Of a DNA stretch of 64,000 nt, positions 1-8,921 are shown piece by piece. Below the pieces are notes generated by a model, which was not told the DNA's origin, ran no database searches, and saw only the letters and a program-made list of their open reading frames with translations. Numbering within the stretch: position 1 is the first letter of the stretch; every line of letters begins with the position of its first letter. The DNA is from Bdellovibrionales bacterium. Lineage in GTDB: Bacteria; Bdellovibrionota; Bdellovibrionia; Bdellovibrionales; UBA1609. Location of the stretch: NCBI GenBank assembly GCA_965200875.1, contig OZ241456.1:1728001-1792000 (forward strand), in the 5' to 3' direction. A program made the position numbers and the translations under genes.

Positions 1-310
1 TTGCAAAATCCATGCCAAATAGCATTTTCGGTGTTTAAAGAATGATAAGAATAGTCAATTCTTTGATAAAAGGTGTTTTTTGACCTGATAAAGGGAACTT
101 CGCTTATGCTGGATAAAAATCTAAAGTATTCAAATAACCCACCGATACGATAATTTTAACCTTTGGAAAAAAGTGAATTTACCCGGAAAAATGAAATTTT
201 GAATTTCTTTAAAAAACTTTTTCAAAATAGCTGTGGCATATCCTTCCACAATAGTTGATTTCATACAACAGCAAAAGCTACTTGGATAAAGAAACGATGA
301 AAGAAATATT

Positions 311-1393
311 ATGGAAATAATCAATCCTGTAGTACAGACAATACATAACAATCCCAACGGGTTTATTATAGTTGTTTTTATAATCATGGTCTTTTTTGCC
401 ATCTTGGAATTTAGGAACAATGCTGAACAAGCTGAACAAAAAGACTTTAAGCCCCTTATTATCAGTTTGGGAATATTAGGCACTTTTATAGGGATATTTT
501 GCGGGCTTTGGAACTTTGATACAAAAGATATTTCTAAAAGTGTGCCGACACTTCTGGAAGGCTTGAAATTGGCTTTTGTGACATCCATCTTGGGTATGCT
601 TATTGCCATAGTTCTCTCTGTTATTGAAAACTTTAAAAAACAAGACCCTAAAGAAACCCCAGAGATTTTAAAAGCCATTTTAAATGAGCAAAAAGTGGCC
701 AATAAAAATAACACTTTGATATTCAGTGCCATTACACACTTAACCGGCGAAACTAGCAGTCAATTACAAGAACTAAACATATCCTTAAAAAAAGCTTTAC
801 ACAATCTTTCCAAGGGAGCTACAGAGGAAATTATCCGAGCTTTAAAGAGTGTTATTGCCGACTTTAATAGAAACTTAACGGAACAATTTGGTGATAATTT
901 TAAACAGCTGAATGAATCTGTAAAGAATATGATTATATGGCAGGAAAACTATAAAAAAGCGATAGAACAGATAGAGAAAAATCTGCAACAAGCAGTGGAG
1001 AATATCGGAAAAACCGCTGACTACACAAAACAGTTTACAGAATATTACGAAAAAATATCTCATATCAGCAGTGATTTGCAAAGAATTCTTAAAACTAACG
1101 AAAATCAAATCAAAAATATAGAAAAACACTTGGAAAATTTAAGAAAAACTGGAGAGGAGATGCGTTTGATAACAATTTCCACAAATGATTTTTCAAAAAC
1201 GATACAAAGCTCCCTTTCTGAACAATCTGCGGGCTTAAATCGTTTAAGCGAGGAGCTAACCAAACAGCTGGAAAGTGCCTTGGGCAATCTTAACCGCGCA
1301 CTCACTACCCTGACTGAAAAATTTGAAAAGGACTATAAGAGTTATTTGGAACATTTTAAGGATCTTTTGGATAAACTAAATTACAAAAAATAA
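311..1393 (+). CDS. zorA: ZorA-like MotA/TolQ/ExbB-family membrane protein with coiled-coil tail (Zorya type II-like)
   Basis: Three N-terminal TM segments with the MotA/ExbB-type signature 'SLGILGTFIGIFCGL...LLEGLKLAFVTSILG', followed by about 250 aa of heptad-rich tail ('DFNRNLTEQFGDNFKQLNESV'). Neighbours are an OmpA/MotB gene and an HNH gene. Confidence 0.8.
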   Translation: MEIINPVVQTIHNNPNGFIIVVFIIMVFFAILEFRNNAEQAEQKDFKPLIISLGILGTFIGIFCGLWNFDTKDISKSVPTLLEGLKLAFVTSILGMLIAIVLSVIENFKKQDPKETPEILKAILNEQKVANKNNTLIFSAITHLTGETSSQLQELNISLKKALHNLSKGATEEIIRALKSVIADFNRNLTEQFGDNFKQLNESVKNMIIWQENYKKAIEQIEKNLQQAVENIGKTADYTKQFTEYYEKISHISSDLQRILKTNENQIKNIEKHLENLRKTGEEMRLITISTNDFSKTIQSSLSEQSAGLNRLSEELTKQLESALGNLNRALTTLTEKFEKDYKSYLEHFKDLLDKLNYKK

Positions 1394-1492
1394 TGAATTA
1401 GTGCAAAACCTTAAACTGAAGATCAAGAACAGGAAATATGCTGAGCATATTGCTGAGTTAAGCGGGTTTATTCAGAATTGGTTAAATAAAAA

Positions 1493-2344
1493 ATGACTAT
1501 CAAATTAAATCAATTTTATGATCTTTTGGAAGCTTTGCGAAAGTTTGGCATTACAAACTTTTCGGCCCTAGAAATTGAAAAGGAAAAAAAACAATTTGAG
1601 ACATACGGGCTGGATACAGATATATCAGATGTATTCCCAACCAATAGCGGAGAGTTATTTGTTGTTTTAAAAGATGGTTCTATTGGAAAAGCTGTCATTC
1701 ATATTGTGGATATGTCCACTTGGCCCTCTAAGTGGGGATATCCTAGGTTTCATATTTGGGACTGTAAAAAGTTAACAGAAATGCGGGTGAATAAAAAGTA
1801 CCACAGATACAAGGCTACCAGTCAAAAAACCGGAAAGTTTTATTTGATTAACAAAGAAAGAAAATGGTATGAGTCTCTTGAAATATGTTCTTATTGTCTT
1901 ACGCTTTATAACAAGCGTTTTAAAACAAACTGTACAAAACAAAATTTTCTTCTGAAGGAATATATCGAAAAACCTTTAAACTCTTCAGGTTTTTTGAAGG
2001 TACAGTGGGATATTTGTACTGTGCCCAATACTTATACAGAGAGCTGGCCTGCGATATCCGAGGAAATGAAAAAAAGAGCAAAATATATATGTACCTTATG
2101 CTGGAAAGATCTTTCTCGTCCTCAATGTAAAAAATTCCTACACACACATCATATTAACGCTGATAAAAAAAACAATACCAGTGGAAACTTACAAGTTCTT
2201 TGCATAAAGTGTCATTCCAAAGAGCACAATCACGAACACATAAAATTCAGCAAAATGTATAAAGAATATTTAAACAGCGTTTGCTCTGAATGCCAATGCT
2301 CCAAAAATACCAATAAAATAAAGCTTGGAGGGTTAAAACCATGA
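1493..2344 (+). CDS. ZorE-like HNH endonuclease
   Basis: C-terminal 'CTLC...LHTHHINADKKNNTSGNLQVLCIKCHSKEH' HNH/Zn motif. The central 'RFHIWDC...RYKAT...LEICSYCL' block resembles Zorya-II-associated HNH proteins. Stop overlaps the zorB start (ATGA). Confidence 0.75.
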   Translation: MTIKLNQFYDLLEALRKFGITNFSALEIEKEKKQFETYGLDTDISDVFPTNSGELFVVLKDGSIGKAVIHIVDMSTWPSKWGYPRFHIWDCKKLTEMRVNKKYHRYKATSQKTGKFYLINKERKWYESLEICSYCLTLYNKRFKTNCTKQNFLLKEYIEKPLNSSGFLKVQWDICTVPNTYTESWPAISEEMKKRAKYICTLCWKDLSRPQCKKFLHTHHINADKKNNTSGNLQVLCIKCHSKEHNHEHIKFSKMYKEYLNSVCSECQCSKNTNKIKLGGLKP

Positions 2345-3057
2345 AATCCACAAAAGAATGGATCAGTATCTCTGATATGATGACAGGGTTGATGATGGTT
2401 TTTCTGTTTATCTCCATTCTTTATATGAGTCAGGTTGAGAAGCAAAGTAAAGAAATTAAAGAAATAAATATAGAAATTCAGGAGATAGCCACAGGGTATA
2501 AAGATTATAAAAGTGTTATTTATAAAGAGCTTAATAAAGAATTTCAAGTAGATCTTAAGAGATGGAATGCGAAAATCCTTGAAGATTCTTTAGTGATAAG
2601 GTTTTTATCCTTCAACATTATGTTTAAAGCGGGTAGCAGTATAGTAGAACCTGCATTTCAAAAAATTTTGGAGGATTTTTGTCCAAGATATTTTAAACTG
2701 CTTTACAGTTTGAAACAAAATATAGAAGAAATCAGAATAGAAGGTCATACATCATCAGAGTGGGGAAAACTACCACCAAAATCTGCCTACTTCAAAAATA
2801 TGAAATTATCACAAAACAGAACAAGATCTGTTTTACAATATTGTGTAACTCTAAAAAATGTGGAAAAAGAGATTAATGAATGGGCTAGAAAAAAACTGAC
2901 AGCCAATGGACTCTCCTCCAGCCGGCCTCTGAAAAAATGCAAACAAGATACTATAAGACATCGCTCTTGTAACCGAAGAGTGGAATTTCGCATTCAGATA
3001 GATGAATCCAGTATATTGCGTAAAATAATACAAATCTTTAAAAAGGTATCTCTATGA
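2341..3057 (+). CDS. zorB: ZorB-like MotB/OmpA-family protein
   Basis: 'EWISISDMMTGLMMVFLFI' single TM with the conserved Asp; OmpA-like peptidoglycan-binding motifs 'IRIEGHTS', 'NMKLSQNR', 'NRRVEFRI'; GGAGG RBS upstream. Confidence 0.8.
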   Translation: MKSTKEWISISDMMTGLMMVFLFISILYMSQVEKQSKEIKEINIEIQEIATGYKDYKSVIYKELNKEFQVDLKRWNAKILEDSLVIRFLSFNIMFKAGSSIVEPAFQKILEDFCPRYFKLLYSLKQNIEEIRIEGHTSSEWGKLPPKSAYFKNMKLSQNRTRSVLQYCVTLKNVEKEINEWARKKLTANGLSSSRPLKKCKQDTIRHRSCNRRVEFRIQIDESSILRKIIQIFKKVSL

Positions 3058-3077
3058 TTCAAATCAAAGGAGTCACA

Positions 3078-3106
3078 TTGACTTTTTTGCAAAGTACTGA
3101 TACAAA
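3078..3106 (+). promoter_or_regulatory. Putative sigma-70 promoter of purL
   Basis: TTGACT, 17-nt spacer, TACAAA, with an extended -10 TG. Confidence 0.45.
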
Positions 3107-3138
3107 ACTGATACATATAAATATTCATTCCAAAGTTT

Positions 3139-5472
3139 ATGAAAACCGGAGTTTTTAAAAGCACTATGGTTGAAGATCAAACAAACAAGCCAGAAATTTT
3201 AAAACATTATCGTCTGACTCAAAAAGAGTATCAGCTTATCGAAAAATCTTTAGGGCACACACCATCTCGTTTGGAGTTAGCCTTGTTTTCTGCTTTGTGG
3301 AGCGAGCATTGTTCCTACAAAAGTTCAGCTGTTCATTTAAAAAAACTGTTTTTTGATTCTCCCAAAGTATTAAGTGCTTTAGGAGAAAACGCAGGAGTGG
3401 TGGATATAGGCAGAGGGGAAAAAGTAGCTTTTAAAGTGGAAAGCCACAATCACCCTTCCCGCATTACCCCTTATCATGGAGCTTCCACAGGCGTGGGGGG
3501 GATTTTACGAGATGTTTTTGTTATGAACGCCCGACCTGTGGCACTGGCCAACTACCTCTGTTTTGGAGAGTCCTCTGCAAAACAAAGAGAGGAGTTATTG
3601 GATGGAGTGGTACAAGGGATTGGCGGTTATGGAAACTCCATTGGCATTCCCACCGTGACCGGACAAACAGAGTTTGATTCCTCTTATAACGAAAATATCG
3701 TGGTAAACGCTTTGGCCCTTGGTTATTTTGGTTCTCAAGAGGAAGTGATGCGCTCCCAAGCGAAAGGCCCTCAGAATTTATTGGTATATGCGGGAGCGCG
3801 TACAGGTAGAGATGGTATTCACGGCGCGTCTATGGCCAGTGAATCCTTTAGCGGAGAACAAAAAGAAGATAAGAAAACCTGCGTACAGATAGGGGATCCT
3901 TTTTATGGAAAACTTTTAATGGAAGCCTGTCTGGAGGTGATGAAAAAATCTCTGGTTATTTCCGCTCAGGATATGGGTGCAGCGGGTTTAACCAGCTCTT
4001 CTTTTGAAATGATCTCCAAAGGAGGGTTGGGGATGCGACTTTTTTTGGATCAAGTGCCTTTAAGGGATTTCAGTATGACAGCGGAAGAAATTTTACTTTC
4101 GGAAAGTCAGGAAAGAGTTTTGTTGGTGGTTCATCCTGATAAATATGAAGAGCTGGAGAAGGTTTTTACCAAGTGGGGGTTACCGATTTCCGTGATAGGG
4201 AAACTAAAAAAAGAGCGGGAAGTAGAGTTACTTTGGAAAGAAAAACTTTTGCTTAAAATCAACCCTGAGCTTATAGAAAAAACCCCTCGTTATAATCGTT
4301 CGTATCACAGATGGAAATCAAAACATAAGACAAAAACAATAGAAAAATATATGTTTCCGGCTGGGAAAAGTTTATCTGCTGTTTTGCTTTCTTTGTTAAA
4401 AGATGAAAGAGGCAACAGCCGAAAGTTTATATACAAGCAGTATGACCAAAGAGTGAAAGCGAGCACAGTTTGGGATTGCTCCTTTCCTTTTGGTGTGATT
4501 CGTTTGCCAGAGTCTGGCAGGGCCTTGGCTGTGTGTATGGGAGGAAGACCTCATATTATGAGAATGGACAGCCTAGAAGGTGGAAAAGACGCAGTTTATG
4601 AACCGGCTTTAAAGCTATCCGGCATGGGTTTCACCCCTTTGGCCTTAACAGATGGCCTTAACTTTGGATCTCCGAAAAAAAAAGAAGTGATGAGTTCTTT
4701 CGTGGCTTGCGTGGAGGGAATGGCATCGGCCAGCCGTTCTTTGGAAACCCCCATAGTGAGTGGCAATGTGAGTTTTTACAACGAAACACGAGGAAAAAGC
4801 ATCAGCCCCACACCTATTACTGGTATGATCGGTATTAGAGATTCCATGAAAGGTCTTTTTAAAAATACTGATGGGAAACACCGGCAAAAACAGGTATCAA
4901 AAATCTTAAGCCAAGAAAATACAAGCCCAAAAAAAGCTTTATACCTTGTGAGTGCTCATCAAATTTTTTGTAGTGGTTTAGTTGGTGAAGTTTATAAACA
5001 AAAGCCTCGCTTTTACGGATCTTTGGATTCTGAAGTCTGTCGGAAGTTTATTCATCTCATTTTAAAAGCTGGGGCTGTAGCTCCTCCCTGTTATATTCGG
5101 CTTGTGGGAAAATTTGGGCTAGCTTATGCCCTATCTCGTATAGCAATAGATCCTTTTTTTCATTCAGCTTTAGAAGAAAACAATTTTTCAAATGGATCTG
5201 GCATGGCTATCAACACAAATTATGACCTTTTTCAGGAAAGGCTTTATGAGTTTTTGTTGGTGCTAAATGAGGCGGATATTCCGGTTTGGAGAAAGTATTT
5301 TTCTTTGGGCAATCCGCCACCACCTACCGACAAAGAAAAAAACTCTCCTCCTCACTGGCCCTTTAAAATGGAAAAACTGGGCACTGTCATCAATCAGCCT
5401 TTACTTTCTTTTAATAAAGACATTGTTTTATCTGTTTCTGAACTGAAAACAGCTTATCTTCAACGTTCATAA
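3139..5472 (+). CDS. purL: Phosphoribosylformylglycinamidine synthase subunit PurL (small form, no glutaminase domain)
   Basis: 'WSEHCSYKSS', 'FKVESHNHPS', 'TGVGGILRD', 'QDMGAAG', 'LLSESQER', 'SGNVSFYNET'. Confidence 0.95.
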   Translation: MKTGVFKSTMVEDQTNKPEILKHYRLTQKEYQLIEKSLGHTPSRLELALFSALWSEHCSYKSSAVHLKKLFFDSPKVLSALGENAGVVDIGRGEKVAFKVESHNHPSRITPYHGASTGVGGILRDVFVMNARPVALANYLCFGESSAKQREELLDGVVQGIGGYGNSIGIPTVTGQTEFDSSYNENIVVNALALGYFGSQEEVMRSQAKGPQNLLVYAGARTGRDGIHGASMASESFSGEQKEDKKTCVQIGDPFYGKLLMEACLEVMKKSLVISAQDMGAAGLTSSSFEMISKGGLGMRLFLDQVPLRDFSMTAEEILLSESQERVLLVVHPDKYEELEKVFTKWGLPISVIGKLKKEREVELLWKEKLLLKINPELIEKTPRYNRSYHRWKSKHKTKTIEKYMFPAGKSLSAVLLSLLKDERGNSRKFIYKQYDQRVKASTVWDCSFPFGVIRLPESGRALAVCMGGRPHIMRMDSLEGGKDAVYEPALKLSGMGFTPLALTDGLNFGSPKKKEVMSSFVACVEGMASASRSLETPIVSGNVSFYNETRGKSISPTPITGMIGIRDSMKGLFKNTDGKHRQKQVSKILSQENTSPKKALYLVSAHQIFCSGLVGEVYKQKPRFYGSLDSEVCRKFIHLILKAGAVAPPCYIRLVGKFGLAYALSRIAIDPFFHSALEENNFSNGSGMAINTNYDLFQERLYEFLLVLNEADIPVWRKYFSLGNPPPPTDKEKNSPPHWPFKMEKLGTVINQPLLSFNKDIVLSVSELKTAYLQRS

Positions 5473-6356
5473 GAAACTTTTAAGAAAGAAAGAGGGTGGT
5501 GTTCTTTAATGGTTTTCTTCAGATGTTTTTGTTTGACAGAAGTGTATATCTGAGTGGTTTTTATACTGGAGTGCCCTAGTAAAAACTGAATGCTTCTTAA
5601 GTCTGCACCGTTTTCCAGAAGACTGGTGGCAAAACCGTGGCGAAACTGATGAGGGCTTTTGACTTCCATAAATCCGGCTTTTTTAGACCAAGAGGAAAGC
5701 CATCTCCAAACATCCACCCTAGATGGCCTCTGCCCTTTATTATTGATTAAAACAGAGTGAGTTTTACGCGCTTTCAACAAAGCCGGGCGGTGCTTTTGAA
5801 TATAGTCACTGAGCCGGGTAAAGAGTTCCTGTGTGAGAGGTAAAATTCTTTGTTTTTTTCTTTTGCCAGTGACAATAAGAGAATAATCTAGATCATTTAT
5901 ATCCTGTAAATTCAGCTGAATAATCTCACTAATTCTGCATCCCAGCCCAAACAGTAAAAGCAAAGTAATATGATTTCTAACGGTTTTGTGATTTTCTTTC
6001 ACATTCGCGGATTGATAAAGCTTTTGAAACTCCTCCTGGGAGATAAATCTGGGAAGATTTTTTTGCGCAGGCACGGGTTTAAGTTTTCGTAAAGCTGTGT
6101 TTTCTCCTTTGGATTCCAAAAAACGAAAGTAAGTTCTAATACTGCTGATAATTCTGGCTTTGGATCGAGGGTTTAACCCCTGTTTATCAATATACTCATA
6201 GAAAAGAGAAATATCTCTGTTATCCACATTTTCCTTTAAAAATTGGCTGTAAAGTCGCAAATCTCTTTTGTAAGCGGATAAAGTGTGAACGGAACGATGA
6301 ATTTCCAACTCTTCCAGAAATTGATTGAGGTATTTTTTTCCATGCAAGTTTTTCAT
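5460..6356 (-). CDS. xerD: Tyrosine recombinase XerD-like
   Basis: 'GCRISE', 'SPHQFRHGFATSLLENGADLRSIQFLLGHSSIKTTQIYT' (R-H-R-H-Y). Start taken at ATG 6356, which overlaps the upstream stop (TAATG). Confidence 0.85.
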   Translation of the reverse strand: MKNLHGKKYLNQFLEELEIHRSVHTLSAYKRDLRLYSQFLKENVDNRDISLFYEYIDKQGLNPRSKARIISSIRTYFRFLESKGENTALRKLKPVPAQKNLPRFISQEEFQKLYQSANVKENHKTVRNHITLLLLFGLGCRISEIIQLNLQDINDLDYSLIVTGKRKKQRILPLTQELFTRLSDYIQKHRPALLKARKTHSVLINNKGQRPSRVDVWRWLSSWSKKAGFMEVKSPHQFRHGFATSLLENGADLRSIQFLLGHSSIKTTQIYTSVKQKHLKKTIKEHHPLSFLKVSYER

Positions 6357-6826
6357 TATGTTGGTGAATAAAAACAGGACCAAGATGGTTCGATTATTAT
6401 ACCTCCGATGCTATATCCCTCTTTAAGAGCTTTTCCCCTCTGTAAAATAATTTGTACATTGGCACTATTCTTTCCAATGGAACAGCTATTAATATTAATA
6501 TTACCAACCGAGAGTCGTGCTTTGCAGTTAAAGGGCAAAAAACTACTGAGGCAAGTGGCAGAGCTGGATTTAATTTTTCCTTTAACAGTGGCACTTCCAT
6601 TATAGTTTAACAGACTGACATTTGTTTTAGGGGGCAAAATAACATGTATATCAACAGCATTTCCCATTACTTCACCTGTTAATTTTACTGATGATTGTGT
6701 GGCCACAGCCGTAGCCTTTGGAGAGGTAGCTTTCTTTGGTCCGATATTTCCTTTTGGTTCTCCACAGCCAGCCAATATAAAAGACAGAATAAATAAAATA
6801 ATAATCTGTAAGTTTATAAGATTCAT
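6356..6826 (-). CDS. Hypothetical lipoprotein
   Basis: AAGGAG RBS before ATG 6826; lipobox 'ILAGC'; beta-rich mature part with several Cys. Confidence 0.6.
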   Translation of the reverse strand: MNLINLQIIILFILSFILAGCGEPKGNIGPKKATSPKATAVATQSSVKLTGEVMGNAVDIHVILPPKTNVSLLNYNGSATVKGKIKSSSATCLSSFLPFNCKARLSVGNININSCSIGKNSANVQIILQRGKALKEGYSIGGIIIEPSWSCFYSPT

Positions 6827-6845
6827 GGTTAACTCCTTTTTTTTT

Positions 6846-7868
6846 CTAATTGTTGTGAACAGCAATGTCACTTCTTTTACTCACGCCAAAGGCTTTTAAA
6901 ATATCCAACCCTATAAAAGTACCCATTTTCTGATAACAGCTATCATCAGGATTAACAGCTCTAAAGGTATCCACTCTATCTCCAGATCTCCATGTCCTGC
7001 AATCAAAAGGACCGCTTGTGAAAAACCAGCACTTTTTGTTTCTGGACGCAAGCGTGGGAATGGGTGACCTGGGAGTCTCTTTATTGTATTGGGAAATATA
7101 TTTTTGATCACGATTGTTACAGGAGTTTTTTCCTTGGAAGGTAGTACGAAATTGCATAGTCCATATAGAACCACTGTATAAGGTAGTGGGTGTAGGATTA
7201 TCTCGATTAGATACAACCGGAGTAACAGAATCCACCACTAAAACTATGGAACCCCCATTTTCCTGAAAAAAACCGTGAAAGTAATCTTTATTATCTTTTT
7301 TAAACCATACATTGTATCTGGCATTGTCTCCCTTTCCTGATCTAAACTGTATTCTTCGGAAATCCTTTTCTCTTCCATGATCACGGTAAGTGATAGTAAT
7401 CTGCCCGGCATAGCGATTGTTATCGGTTTTTCCCAGTTTGACATATACTCTCATGTCTTCAATATCATCCATGCTATTGATAGGAACACCCAATCGAAAG
7501 TCTTCAAATACAGAAGTATCCGTTATGGTCAAAGGCGCGCTTGTGCCATATCTTCCTTCAAGCTCCAAAATCTCTCCGCTTTTATAAAGAGGATCTTTAT
7601 TGCCACTTCCATTTCCTCCTGAGGAACCACTTGAAAAAGCAGTGCCTCTGGGTACATCCGGGTTGAACCCATAGCCAGAATCAGGGGAAGTGGAATCTTG
7701 TGTATTATCTGCGATAGGAGAACCTGGAGTAAAGCCAAAAGAACCGTCATTGCTACCTTGTTGTTGCATATTACTAGGGCCACCCTCTTTTTCCGCACAG
7801 TTTGTCAATAATAATAGAATACAAATTGTTATGAGACTTAATGAAAAAGAAATAATATATTTTTTCAT
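6846..7868 (-). CDS. Hypothetical lipoprotein with Ser/Gly-rich linker
   Basis: 'MKKYII...LLTNC' lipobox, low-complexity linker, Cys-containing beta-rich domain. Confidence 0.6.
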   Translation of the reverse strand: MKKYIISFSLSLITICILLLLTNCAEKEGGPSNMQQQGSNDGSFGFTPGSPIADNTQDSTSPDSGYGFNPDVPRGTAFSSGSSGGNGSGNKDPLYKSGEILELEGRYGTSAPLTITDTSVFEDFRLGVPINSMDDIEDMRVYVKLGKTDNNRYAGQITITYRDHGREKDFRRIQFRSGKGDNARYNVWFKKDNKDYFHGFFQENGGSIVLVVDSVTPVVSNRDNPTPTTLYSGSIWTMQFRTTFQGKNSCNNRDQKYISQYNKETPRSPIPTLASRNKKCWFFTSGPFDCRTWRSGDRVDTFRAVNPDDSCYQKMGTFIGLDILKAFGVSKRSDIAVHNN

Positions 7869-7945
7869 TTCTGAAAGTTCCTTAGTCTGATTTTTGTCCA
7901 AACCAACCCCAAAACACTTCGTTTGAGGATCAATTATATTTTATC

Positions 7946-7973
7946 TAATCGGAAAAAATAAACCGGATATTAA
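7946..7973 (-). promoter_or_regulatory. Putative sigma-28 (FliA)-type promoter
   Basis: TTAA-N16-TCCGATTA on the minus strand upstream of the lipoprotein/xerD operon. Confidence 0.45.
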
Positions 7974-8022
7974 ATTTTTATGAAAATCAGATAAAAAAGG
8001 CATTAAAAACACAGTTGAGCTT

Positions 8023-8805
8023 TTAAGTTGCGTTTTTATTAACATTTTTGACTTGCTGAAAAGCCTCTAGAATATTCATGGGAATTGGAAAGACAATGGT
8101 CTTGGAACCTTCTGAGGAAATTTCATTTAAAGCCTGAAGATAGGCTAGCTGTATGGCAGCAGGGGAGGATGAGATGATTTGTGAGGCCTCTTTCAGTTTT
8201 TCCGCCCTTTGAAATTCCCCTTCGGCACTGATGACCTTGGCCCGGCGCTCTCTTTCCGCTTCGGCTTGACGAGCCATAGCTCTTTGCATTTCCTTAGGGA
8301 GATCAATATGTTTCACCTCCACTTTTGAAATTTTAATGCCCCAAGGTTCTGTTTCATGGTCTAGGATATTTTGAAGAGTGTGATTGATTTTATCTCTTTT
8401 GGCCAGAAGATCATCTAGCTGATATTGCCCAAGAGTGGCTCGTAAAGTGGTTTGTGCTAGCTGATAAGTGGCTTCTCCGTAATTTTCCACTTTAAGAGTG
8501 GCTTTTTCCGGGTCAGTAATACGAAAATAAAGCACAGCATTTACTTTTAAACTGATATTATCTAAGGTAATCACATCCTGAGGCGGAACATCCATAGTAA
8601 TAGTTCTGGTTTCCACTCTTTTAATTTGTTCCACGGCGGGAATCAGAATAATCAGACCGGGGCCACGGACACCCACAAATCGACCGAATCGAAGTACCAC
8701 ACCTCTTTGCCACTCTGGCAGGATTTTGATAACAGAGAAAATGAGAAATAGAGCAACAACGCCAATACCTATTATTGTACCGATACCAATATCGTCATAA
8801 AACAT
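8023..8805 (-). CDS. Stomatin/SPFH (slipin) family protein
   Basis: 'GVVLRFGR...GPGLIILIP', 'PPQDVITLDN', 'LAQTTLR', 'MARQAEAERERRAK'; lies downstream of nfeD. Confidence 0.92.
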   Translation of the reverse strand: MFYDDIGIGTIIGIGVVALFLIFSVIKILPEWQRGVVLRFGRFVGVRGPGLIILIPAVEQIKRVETRTITMDVPPQDVITLDNISLKVNAVLYFRITDPEKATLKVENYGEATYQLAQTTLRATLGQYQLDDLLAKRDKINHTLQNILDHETEPWGIKISKVEVKHIDLPKEMQRAMARQAEAERERRAKVISAEGEFQRAEKLKEASQIISSSPAAIQLAYLQALNEISSEGSKTIVFPIPMNILEAFQQVKNVNKNAT

Positions 8806-8921
8806 AATATCTCCCCCTTTGGATTATGTGTTTTTTTTAAACCAGCTGATTTTTTAACGGGCGACTTATTAGCCATATATAAACCCGACAAATAGGAACT
8901 GTCAAATCTCAATCAATGAAA

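Noticed and set aside
130..732. 200-aa minus-strand ORF and similar antisense ORFs (e.g. 9775..10422, 13554..14015, 33231..33767)
   Set aside because: They are shadows of well-supported genes on the opposite strand and show no motifs.
311..3057. Flagellar motAB or tolQR/exbBD
   Set aside because: The long coiled-coil tail on the MotA-like protein, the HNH partner and the absence of flagellar or tol genes fit Zorya better.
5460..6356. Prophage or island integrase
   Set aside because: Size and motifs match housekeeping XerD; there is no att/tRNA site or phage gene nearby.
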